Shown in pieces: positions 11,101 through 21,555 of a DNA stretch of 62,738 nt; position 1 is the first letter of the stretch, and each line of letters starts with the position of its first letter. A model generated the notes under the pieces. That model was given only the letters and a program-made list of their open reading frames with translations, ran no database searches and was not told where the DNA came from. This DNA comes from Chrysochromulina tobinii (Eukaryota): assembly GCA_001275005.1 (NCBI GenBank), contig JWZX01003380.1, positions 1 through 62,738 on the forward strand, read 5' to 3'. The position numbers and the translations under genes are program-made.

Positions 11101-12903
11101 CCTCGTGGGGGCATCTCGACCGCCTCGAAAGTGCGTGCGGACTGCGGCGTGGTCTCGAGCAGAATGGGCAGCGCCATGCGCGTCGCCAAGTTGATGCGGA
11201 CGAGTTTGCCCGAAGGGCCCATCGGGAGCGCCGAGGAGTGCACCAAGATCTCGAGCCACTTGCTTGGATGCAGGCGCAGCGAGCAATATTGACGAAGCTC
11301 GCTCAGCGTCGGCCGCTCACACCCTGCCTTGGTGACCACGCACACGCCGACGACCTCCTGCAGCGTCGCGTGGGGCATCGAGAAGGCGGCGCACTGCGCT
11401 ACCTTCGGATGCGTAACCAACACGTCTTCGATCTCCGCAGGCGCGATCGTCTCGCCTCCACGCTTGATGGTCTCCTTCGCACGGCCGGTGACGAACAAGT
11501 AGCCATCGGCGTCAAGGTAGCCGTTGTCGCCCGTCTGGAACCAGCCGTTGTCCCCGATGCCCACGCCTCTCACGCTCTCGCCACCGTCGGGGGTCCATGT
11601 CATGTATCCGCGGAAAAGAGGGCAACCGCGCACGGCGATTGCACCGACCTCCCCGTGGGGCAGAGCCTCGCCAGCAGCGCCCTGGATCTGCATCGCGGGG
11701 CCGATTGGGATGCCCGACGAGTCCGGGCTTCTGCAATGCATACGTCGGGGGCGGCGCCGCCAGCGGCATGCATTCCGTCATTCCGTAGGAGGGTGCGATC
11801 GTGACGAAGCGGGCTTCCCCCTCGGCATCCCCGTACACAGCGCGCGAGTACACCTCGCGCATCTCCGTAGCGAGCGCAGCGGGGAGGCCGCCGGCCGCGT
11901 TCGCGACGTAGCGCAGCTTCGGGCGCGCCTCCGGAGGGTGGGCGACGAGCTCGTCGAGATAAAGTCGATGCATCGACGGGGACGCATAGTACCAAGTCGC
12001 TCCCCACCCGCATGCATGTTCCCAAAACGGTTTGGGCGCGAAGCCGCCGAGATGGGCGACCGCGCCGCCCGAGAGGATGGGGGCAACCACGCTGCGCAGG
12101 ATGCCACCGACGTGGTGCAGCGGCATCTGGCTCACGCAGAGGTCCTCCGCACCAAGCGGCACAGACGCCGCGATGCAAAGGGCGCCAGCAACCACGTCCT
12201 CCAACAGGTGCGGTACGAGCTTCTTCTGGCCAGTGGTGCCAGACGTCTGCAGCAGCACGGCCGTGTCCTCGCGCGTGAGCCAGCGAGGGCTCGGCCGCGG
12301 GCTCGACCCCCCCGTGGTCCGTGACCCCCTCTGGGCGTCGAAGTAGCATCGGAGGGAGAAGAGGGTTGCCGCAAGAGGGGGGGAGCGGCTGGTGCCCTGG
12401 GCGGGGCCTGCTTCGAAGAGGAGAATGCTGAGCTCATGGGCCACGCGCTGCGTGAGAAGCTCGCCGCGAAGCTTGTCCTGGAAGCCGATCACCACGGTCG
12501 CACGCACCGACCGCAGGTCCCCCACCAACTCGTCATCTGTCGATGCGATGCTAAGTGGAATTGCAGTCGCCCGGCACATGACCGAGATGAGGGCCACGAC
12601 CATCTGGGGGCCGTCGGGAAAGAGGAGCGCCACACGGTCGTCCGGTCCAACTTGGTACTCGTCGAGCACGCTGAGCCCCGAAGCCGCAAAGTTGTGCAGC
12701 TCTGCATGTGTGATGGCTGGGCAATTTTTGGCGACGTAAATCGCTGGGCGATCAGTTTGCGGAAGCGCGTCGAGCAGCGTGTCGAACTTGAATGCTTCTT
12801 GGGCGCTTGCACCTCGGATCAAGCCGCTCTCGTCCCGCTCGCGCTCGAGCTGCTCGATCGCCTCAGACGACGGCACGCCGTCCTCGAGCCTGCTTTTCGA
12901 CAT
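8115..12903 (-). CDS. Single-module NRPS-like enzyme: adenylation domain, carrier (T) domain, then three TM plus left-handed beta-helix segments (Pls-like architecture); one frameshift
   Basis: A-domain motifs QTSGTTGQKK, PSYGMTEC, FQTGDNG, TGRAKETIKRGGE, PSGKL. T motif LYGASSL. Three LLG(A/T)xIG/VG hexapeptide blocks with hydrophobic helices. ORFs 11512-12912 and 8115-11741 join as KPG/SSGIPIGP when one base at about 11721 is removed. Confidence 0.85.
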
Positions 12904-12956
12904 GGGACCCAACTCTCGCGCTCCCTCGATTCGCCCGCAGATTCCACATGACTCAA

Positions 12957-12990
12957 CTCATGAAAGTTTCACCCCCAAAACTTTCATGAG
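12957..12990. promoter_or_regulatory. Perfect 13-bp inverted repeat with 8-nt spacer in a divergent intergenic region
   Basis: ctcatgaaagttt (12957-12969), spacer 12970-12977, aaactttcatgag (12978-12990). The regulatory role is inferred from position only. Confidence 0.5.
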
Positions 12991-13111
12991 GTCAAAAGGA
13001 CTCATTATTTTTCATTTTCGAGATCGCGAGAGACAACAAAAGGCCATTCGTCAGAAGGCACGTGCTTCGTGTTGAGGAGTTTGACGAAACCCCACTGAGA
13101 TCGTCTTGTCA

Positions 13112-13614
13112 ATGAAAACTCCGATCACGATGCGCGTTTCTCCGATCACGACGCTGCTGCTGCTGCTGCTGCTGCCAGCCGGCTGGGCTCTCACTCGCGT
13201 GCCACTGGGCGCAGCGGGCAGCGCGCGTGGGTGGTGCAGCACGGCGGAGCGCATGGCGCACCTGGCGGGTGCTGCACCCATGAGCGGCTCTCAGCGGGGG
13301 TGGGCGGCAGCTTGCACGCACCGCAGTTCCCGCAACATTCGCTGCGGGCTCCTGTCGGGGCTCAAAGTGGATGGTCGACGATGGTCCGATCCTGCAGTCC
13401 GGGGCAAAAGGTGCGCGTCTCCAAGCAGGTCACATTTATGCACGTTCCCGGCCACAAAGATGGCTTTCAGGCGCAGGGCTCTGTGGGGATTGTGACGCGC
13501 GTGATCGACGAGTCGAACCTCTCGCCCAATCGAAAAGTCAAGATTCAATTCGAGGAGCCGAAGAAGTGGGCGGGGCACTTTGAGTCGTTTGAGCTCGAGG
13601 TCGTTGCCTCGTAG
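13112..13614 (+). CDS. ftrV: Plastid-targeted ferredoxin-thioredoxin reductase variable-chain-like protein (two frameshifts)
   Basis: C-terminal GQKVRVSKQVTFMHVPGHKDGFQAQGSVGIV...LSPNRKVKIQFEE...GHFESFEL resembles the FTR variable chain. A signal peptide (MRVSPITTLLLLLLLPAGWA, ATG 13112 or 13130) lies in another frame. Removing one A (13364-66) and one G (13401-04) gives a continuous reading. Confidence 0.7.
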
Positions 13615-14273
13615 GAGCGTGCTGCCGATTGCGCATGCCCCCGCCAGCAGGCGCCACGCAGTGCATCGTGCACCGAGCACAAACTCACAATAATTGCTAT
13701 GTGATCGCCATCACGTGAGCTCATCGGCTGTACAGAGCCGGTCGCACCTTCCGAACTGTCCACCCGTCGCCTGCGCGTCGCGTTGCAGCGGCGCACCACA
13801 TATCGCCGCTGTGGGGCGCCGGGCCGGTCCGCAAGCGCAACGCCAACGGGGCGGGGACGATGCCGTAAGGTACATTGGGAGTTTGGCTCCGAATCGCGCA
13901 ACGCCTCATGCCATGTTATGTAGCATGTGACATGCCGTGGTGTGTTTACTTCTCAATATTAAGTAGCATCTCAAGTCAAACTCGACTCACAAGACCGAGA
14001 CCCGCGAGACACGCGCGCCGCCCGGCTGCGGGTCGCGCTAGGCACAGAGCACTGCGGATGGCGCGCTCGCATCTCTCGCCGTGCCAGTAGCCGTCCCTAT
14101 CACCTCATTGACGAATCGCGACGGCTCTCTCATGGTTCATGTACGCGCGTGCCACGCGCCACGAGTGGAGAGGACGTTCAGCGGAGAAAAGCCCTGTGGC
14201 ACCGAACCTGGCTCCGAACCGGCTCGACATCTTCCGCCTACCTAGCGTGCCCCTCCAGCCAGCAGAATAGCGC

Positions 14274-17088
14274 TCACTCCGCTTCGCCCGCCGGCGCCGA
14301 TTGTGCTGGAGACTTGCGCGCCAATTTGCCACGCTGCATCTTCTGAAGCTTAGCGGCGGCGGCGTCTAGCTCGGCGCGCTCCTCCGCCACTTGCCGCCGG
14401 GCGAGCTGCCCACGTCGCGCGGCCGCGAGCTTGGTGGCTGCGTCCTTGCGTTCGGCGACCTCCGCCTTCGCCGCCTGGCGCCCCACACGGCCGCGCGCAA
14501 TGGCCTGCATCTTCACAGCGGCTTCGTCTTCGTCCATGACGCGCCTCCCCTCGGAGGCATGAGCTCGTGCTTTGAACAGCTCCAGGTCCGAGGTGGCCGT
14601 GAAATCAGACAGCTTCTCCTTCCCCTCTGCCTTGCGGAACGCCTCCGTGTTTGGCGTGAGGAAGTCCCTCTGGGCACGAGCGTCGCGGCCTCGTTTGATG
14701 GCCTGGATACGCGTCGCGGCGAGTTGGCGCTGCGCCTCGAGCGCCTCCTCATGCTTCTGCTGCGCGAGGGCACCTCCACGCCCATGCGCCTCGACGAGGC
14801 CGACGGCATCGGCCTTGACCTCGAGAGCGCGGCGCTTAATCGCGCGATCCTCCGGCCAAGCCCGAAGAGCCGTACGTGAACGCCACATCGTTGCGCGCCT
14901 TGCGCCCGCGGGTGAGGGCCTGCACGCGGACGGCCGCCGCCTCGTGCTCCGCATCGTAGTCCACGGTCCACTTGACCGTCGTGGGAGCCGACGGCTTGAT
15001 GACGACCTTCTTGGTGGCGACGGACTTGCGCGCGGCGCGGCCTCGCGTGAGCGCCTGCAGCTTGAGCGCAGCCTGAGCGCGCTCCTCTTCTTCCGCCGTG
15101 TCCGCCGAGGCGCCGATGCCGCCATCGTCCGTGCCAAGACGACCGCCGGCATCAAGGCTGGCGGCTGCGGCAGCCTTCGAAGGCTGGAACTCCTGCTTGG
15201 CCGGCAAGGGCAGCTTCAGCGCGTCGCAGAGGAACTCAGCCGCCTGGCAGAGGGCCTCGAGCGCCCGTGGCATGAGAGGGAAGAAGGTGTGCCATGCGTG
15301 GAGCACGCCATCCCAGAGCTGCACGCGCACGTCGGCGCCGGCGCCCTTGGCGAGGTTCTCGAGCTCGTACGAGTCATCGACGAGCACCTCAGAGAGGCCG
15401 ACCTGCACGAGCGTGGGTGGCAGACCGAGGAGAGAAGGGGACGAGCCGTGCACTGGCGACACCGCCGGATCAGATGCGGAGATGCCCGTCTCGCCGAGGT
15501 AGGCGCGCGAGATGCCCAGCAGCCGCTTGCGCTGCATCACTGGGTCGCGCGCCTCGTTCGCCACGTATGACTGGCCCGAGCAGGTCAGGTCAAGCCATGG
15601 CGAGGCGAGCACGATCGCCGCCGGCTCCATGAGCTTGCGGCTGCTTGTCTGGCGTGAAAGCATGGCGAGGGCGAGTGCGCCGCCAGACGACTCCGCGAAG
15701 AGCGCGAGCTGCTTGGGCGGCACGCCTCCGCACAGCGGCATCGAGCCGAGCGCGGCGTATGCGGCCGAGAGATCATCGAGCGCGGCCGGGTACGGGTGTT
15801 CGGGGGCGAGCCGTAGCGTGGGCGTCGCCACGGGTGCGCCCACGAGCTCAGATAGCTTGGCCGCGAGGTGGCGACCTGCGCGCGGCGAGCCGGTGACGAA
15901 CATGCCACCGTGCACGAGCACGAGCAGCGTGGGCACGATGGGCGCCTCGCCGCTGCTGCTGCCGCCGCGCAGCAGCGCTGCCGCACGCGGGTGCGTCACT
16001 ACCTCGGTGGGCACGCCACCCGCATCGACCGTCTCGACGCGCACGTCAGCGGGAATCGGGTGCACGCCCTCCATGAGTGAATCGCGGGCGAGGCGCATCT
16101 CGGCGAGGGACGAGGAGGCACCACGCATGTGGCGCGAGAGCAGGTCGAGCACCTGCAGCACCACCGCGTCAACGCCGCTACTCTTTGCCATCGCTCCGCC
16201 CTTTTTGGATCCCGGCCGCGTGCCTGCCGAGGTCGAGGTTCGCTTGGCGATCGGCGCGAGCACTTTGCGACCGGTGCTGGCGCCATCCGGCGTTGAGCGA
16301 ATGGCCGTGTCCGCTGTTGCCAGGCGCCCTGCCCCGCCCGTGGGCGACATGGGCCGCGGCAACGAGTGCGACGCGAGCCAAGCCCGTCTTTTATGGTCGT
16401 CCTTGTCGAGCTTGGTGATGTCGTAGGTGGGCTTGCACGTCTGGAGGCGCGCGACCAGCGCGCGATTCTCCACCTCGATGCGCAAGCGCTCGTTGCGGCG
16501 GAGCGACAGGTTGAGAGACGTTGGCTCCATCGCCGCGCCAAAGGCGGTTGTCTCGGCCGAGATCCAGTGGTCGATGACGGGCACCATGTTCGGCGTCAGG
16601 CGGATGCCGCCGGTCCAGTCGCGCGTTCCCACGGTCGGGTTGCGCGAGCGGCGCAGGATCTTGGACAGCTTTTCGAGGAGCACGGTGTTTTCCTGCTCAA
16701 TCTCAGCGAACCGCTCGTCCTGGATCTGCGCGCGCTTGAGGTTGGCGCGGACGTGGTTGTACATCGGCTGCTTCTGCTCTCGCACGCCGTTGCGCAGGCC
16801 ACCCCAGCGCGTGTCCACCTGTGGACTCATCTCATACAGATTGCGCAGGTGCCGCCCGTGCGTCTCCTGCTGCGCGCGTGTGGCAACCGTCTGGTTGGAG
16901 ATGGGCATGGTGGCCCCAATGCGCTTTGGAACGAACGCCTGCAACATGGATGGGAGGCAAATGTGTGAGCGCTGGGCGTACGAGCGCTGTGGGCAGCGTG
17001 CCAGCGAGCTCAGGCCGTGGTCTCTGGCGCGGCGCGCGCGCGTGCTCTCAGCGCGCAGGCGGCCGGCGAGCAAGTCCGAGCAAACCAT
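14274..17088 (-). CDS. Fusion of CFAP97/KIAA1430-like domain, HSL-family alpha/beta hydrolase and about six IQ motifs (one frameshift)
   Basis: N-terminal H..NLYEMSPQVDT, ERFAEIEQENTVLLEKLSKI, SLNLSLRRNERLRIEVENRALVARL. Hydrolase motifs VHGG, LAPEHPYPAALDD, AESSGG, EVLVDD, GVLHAW. IQ-like LQALTRGRAAR repeats. Frameshift near 14852-14857. Start at 16947, or at 17088 with a putative 147-nt intron 16939-17085. Confidence 0.8.
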
Positions 17089-17234
17089 TGTTGAAAGACC
17101 CAACGACAATTTCATACGAGCAAGGTCGTCTCCAAAACCAAATGTCTATGGGCAACCCCTAATACCCTTGTGCCGAACAAGTGTGCTCTGTGCAGTTCTT
17201 CAATGTAAGAACTTGCGGGTTTCGCGCGGTGTCG

Positions 17235-19872
17235 ATGTCGGAGACTCCCTCAGAGGCGCTCCTGAGCGCGCTGAAGGCGGCGCCGAGCGCGGCCGCGTTC
17301 GTTCGGTCGATGCGCGAGACCGTGCCGCTCGAGACGATGAAGGCGTCGCTCTCCGAGCAGGAAAAGGTTCTCGGCGCCGCCCTTACCAACACGATGCAAG
17401 CCAATTTCCCGGCTCTGCACGAGGTCGTGCGCGAGGTTGGCACCGCGGAGGAGCGGCTGCGCAAGCTGTGCGACGCGATCGAAGTGAACCAGTCCAACGG
17501 TGCCGAGTTTGCGGGTAGCGTGCAGTCGCGGCTGTTCGAGTTCCAGGCGGCGATGGACGAGCGCGAGGCGCTCATCAAGCGCTCGAACGATGTGCGACTG
17601 CTGCGCCGGCTCATCGACGCGGTCAGCAACCTCGAGCACCTCAACAATGGCAGGGGCGCTGAGCCCGGCGAGAAGGACAAGGCCGCGCCGCCGCTGGTCG
17701 TCGTCAGCGCGCGCGCGCGGCGGCTCGTTCGCTCAAGCGGTGAGTACAGCCGGATCTGGGTGCTGCAGTCGCACGCGTCGCATCTGCCCGGTGCACAGCG
17801 GCTGCTCGAGCGCATCGCCATGGCGCGCACGATCTTCCTCGAGCAGCTGTGCGAGTGCCTCGGCCAAGCGCTCGAGATCGCGGAGATGGCGAGCGCGGCA
17901 GCTGCAGAGGGCAAAGGCGGGGAGGCCGATGGCGGCGCCGCCGAGGAGGAGCTCGCGCCCCCGACGCCGCCGCCGCTTTTCACGCCGCCGCCCGGGTTGG
18001 GCAGGCGCGACCGGCCGCCCCTCGATGCACTCCCACGCTTGCCGTGGGAACCACCCCTGTCAGAACTCGCTGCCGACGGCGCCACATCCGACGCCGTGCC
18101 CGCCCCCGCCAGGGCCGGCGCTAAGAAGGACCGTCCTGAGAAGCTCTTGGACGATGTCCTATGGGGCCTTTGGGCAGAGCGGTGCGGAGGACGAGGCAGG
18201 GCGTTGGGTGCGCGACTCCTGGGTGACGCCGCGGCTGCTGCCGTCGCTCGAAGCGGCCGCTAGGTCTGGTGCGTCACTCGGCGACCTTGCCGACTCGATG
18301 GTGAGCTTCGTCAATGGCCCAGCCTTCGCGCCGCTCGCGCGTGCGGACGCGCGCGGTCGCCCGCCGCTGCACCTGGTGTGCGCGGGCGTGTGGGTCGCGT
18401 GGTGCCGCTTCGTAGGTGACAAGATGGGCCACACCTTCGGCGCGGGCATCCCAGATACTTTCCACAACGCCTTTAGCGCGGTCGAGCGCGTGATCTGCGA
18501 GCTCGAGATTGCGGCGCTGCCGAAGCCTCGAATGCGACGCCACCTACGCATGCACGCTGCCACCGCCGCCGTCCGTAAGCGCTTCAACCTGCCGATCTAC
18601 TACCAGCTGCGCGTCGTCGAGGTGAGCAAGCCGCTCGAGGCAGCGCTTGCCCCAGGTCCCATCCAGCGTAAGCAGCCGACGCCTGCGGAGGGCGCTGAGG
18701 GCGTCGAGGTGGGCGCTGAGGGCGCCGCCTTGGGCGCCGGCCCGCCGGCTTCGGTGGCTGGCGGAGGAGTCGTGGCAGGGTTTGGGCTGCCGCCCTCGCC
18801 GGAGCTCACGACCATCCCGCCGGCGGCGCTCGTCACCGCCGTGCGTTACAGTTTGAGCTCGGAAGTCATCCTGCCTCCGTTGTCCGCACGCTTCTTGAAA
18901 CTGACGCTGCAATGTGTCGCGCGCTTCGACCATTGGCTTGCCTCGATGCTCCCTTCCGAGGGCGGCGCCGCCCAGGCGGCCAGCGACAGGGGTGCCGCGG
19001 GCGCTGCCGCGGGCGCTCTGGCGGACACCGAGGTTGCGTGTGCGCTCTACTTCGACGTGCAGAGTGTGCTGGCGTGGCTGGAAGCCCAAGTCGCGCCTCG
19101 GCTGCCTCGGTTGCTGCACCTGACGCCCGCGGCGGCGGCGGCACCCGCTTTGGTCGCATCGTCGCCGGCAGCCGAGCTGGGCTCGAACTCCCTCGAGGGA
19201 GTGACGAAACTCGAGGCGGATAAGGGAGTGACGAAACTCGAAGCGGATAAGGGAGTGACGAAACTCGAGGCGGAGTGTATCGGCGCGCTCGTCGAGGGAG
19301 TGACGAAACTCCGGGATAGTGCCCGCCGGCTTCGTGGGCAGCTGGTGACAGCTCAGGCAGCGGCGTGCGAGGCGCAGCTGGCGCCCGTCCGCGCCATCCC
19401 AGCCTCGTACCGTATGACGGGCAAGGGCATGCCCACACACCCCTCGTTTTTCGTCGCTCAAGTGCTCGGCCCTCTCCGTGGCTTTATGGGGGCGTCCGAG
19501 GCGCGGCTAGATGAGCCGGCACGCAGCGCGTGGGCAGTGGAAGTGGCCACCCTCGTCACCGAACAGTACTTCGCCATCGCGAGCAGCACGCTGGACACGG
19601 TGCGCAAAAATGAGCAGGCACTCTTGCGCTTGAACGCCAAGAAGCAGTCGGCCGGCGCCGGCGCGGCGGCCGGCGTGAGCGACTCATATAAGATCTGCGT
19701 GCAAATGTGCCTCGATGTGCAAGCTTACGGCGAGGAGCTCGCGGCCGTCGGAGTGCCGCCCCTCTCGCTCAGCGCCTTCGCAAAGCTGCAGGACGAGGTG
19801 CGCCCTCCAGACGATGGAACCGCCGCGCCACTAACGGATCCGGCAGAGGATGCAGGGACTCAAGGATCGTGA
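17235..19872 (+). CDS. COG2: Conserved oligomeric Golgi complex subunit 2 (one frameshift)
   Basis: N-terminal VRSMRETVPLETMK; middle FGAGIPDTFH and KRFNLPIYYQLR; C-terminal IPASYRMTGKGMPTHPSFFV and SDSYKICVQMCLDVQAYG. An extra G in gggg 18163-18166 separates ORFs 17181 and 17500. Confidence 0.85.
19196..19311. repeat. 27-nt in-frame tandem repeat (GVTKLEADK x3 plus a partial fourth) inside COG2
   Basis: agggagtgacgaaactcgaggcggata-like units start at 19196, 19223 and 19250, with a partial copy at about 19295. Confidence 0.9.
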
Positions 19873-20028
19873 CCGTGAAACGCGTAGACCGACGTTGCAA
19901 ACTTGTCCGTCCTCGTCGTGTTTTGGACGGTCGCGCGCACGGACGGCGTGAAAACAAGGAATCTTTTCGTCGGCACCTCAGCACACCTTCCTTCCCGGGA
20001 TCTGTGCGAGAACCGACACATTCGTTAC

Positions 20029-20851
20029 ATGGTCGTCGTTCGTGCTGCGGCGCTACATCCCAGCCACTCTCCTCGGGCGTGCATGGCCCGGACCTGCCGG
20101 CCGTCCTGCTTCTCTCGAGTTCGTGGACGCCTACCAGCAGTTGCTCGACACTGCACCATTTCCCACCAAAGCAATCACCCAGGGTGTCATTTGGGGTATG
20201 AGCGACATAACGGCGCAGGTGCAGGCCCGCGGAGCCTACAGCGCTCAGCGCACGCGCAACTTTGCGTTGCAAGGTGTTGGATCCGGCGTCTTGTGGGCGC
20301 TGTATTATGACTGGGCTGACGCGGTCGTCTCCCCTGCACCGGGCGGACCTGTGGCTCACACTGTCCTTTCCATCATGCTTGAGCAGTTTTCATGGTGCCC
20401 GCTCCTCTTTGCATTCTATCAGATCCCGTTCTCGGTATTACTCAACGGCGGGACTCTGACCGACGTGCCCCCAGCCATTCAGCGCCAGCTCAACGGCCTT
20501 CTCGTCGAATATGCAAAAGTGTGGACGCCTGCCAACCTGATCATTTACAACGTCCCCTTGGAATGGCGCCTGTTGTCGTCCAATGTTGTCGACTTTGTGT
20601 GGGGCTACATTTCGTCGGGCTTCGCCGCGGAGGCGTGCGCGCCTGAGGATGAGGCGTGCATCCTGGACGCGGAAGACGAGCTTTCGGGATTCGACGGAGC
20701 CAGGGATGCGCTTGTATCTCCTAGGGCTGTATCTCCGAGGGTCCAAACTGGAGTGGGCGTGCGACGCTATAACCTTGGACGTGGACTGCCGAGACTGCTT
20801 ACCCGCCGCCTGAAATCCGCGGCCAACAGAGCATGGATCAAGGACGCGTGA
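20029..20851 (+). CDS. Mpv17/PMP22 family membrane protein
   Basis: Motifs YQQLLDTAPFPTKAITQG, SDITAQ, LEQFSWCP and VWTPANLIIYNVPLEWR. The 5' end is uncertain; the ATG at 20029 needs a +1 correction near 20110. Confidence 0.85.
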
Positions 20852-21555
20852 GCAGGGGTAACCCTCAATAACGCTCACGCCCAAGAGCCTTCTAAAACAG
20901 TGCACGCTTCCAGAGCGCGCCGGATCGGCTCGAGGGTGGTGCAGTACTTGTCTGCTGGCTTGGCTGACATCGTGGTGTGAAGAAGGTACTTTTCACACGA
21001 CCATGCGATGACTATGTGGACGAATAACGATGTACTCAATAACGCGCAGGCCCAGGGCCGCCCCGCTCGGTCCTCGGAGTGTGCATCACGCCGTGATGCG
21101 TGTTCGAATTGAAATTCCCCGGCGCGCGCGAGGCGCGGGCGCGGGCTGGATGCGCGGCGCATCCGCCGGCGGCGGCGCCCATGCCGATGCGATGGGCCAT
21201 GACGTGGCGTGGCATGTGACAGGTCGGCCCTGGCCCTGGCTTAAAATTAAGAGCTCCCGCTCCGACTGACGAAAGCATGTGCCGGCTGCCGCTGCCGGCC
21301 GAGTCTCGCGAATCAGTCCGTATCTAAGCGTAACGTAATACGGTTTCGTAATAATGATACACCGCGGACGGGCGACCGGCGGCGATTGCTCCGCGGCGGT
21401 GCATCACCCTCCGCCGCTCCTACCACATGGATTTTCTGATCAGAGCCATGCACTGTGCGCTCTGCAGCCAGGCGCAGCCATGCTGAAGCCATGCTCCTCC
21501 CCGGTGCACTCACTGCACCGCCACGATGCTCCCGCAGACCCTCACTCACAAGAGA

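Noticed and set aside
5960..13614. Biosynthetic gene cluster around the NRPS-like gene
   Set aside because: The neighbours (aspartic protease, FTR variable chain) have no evident tailoring or transport role.
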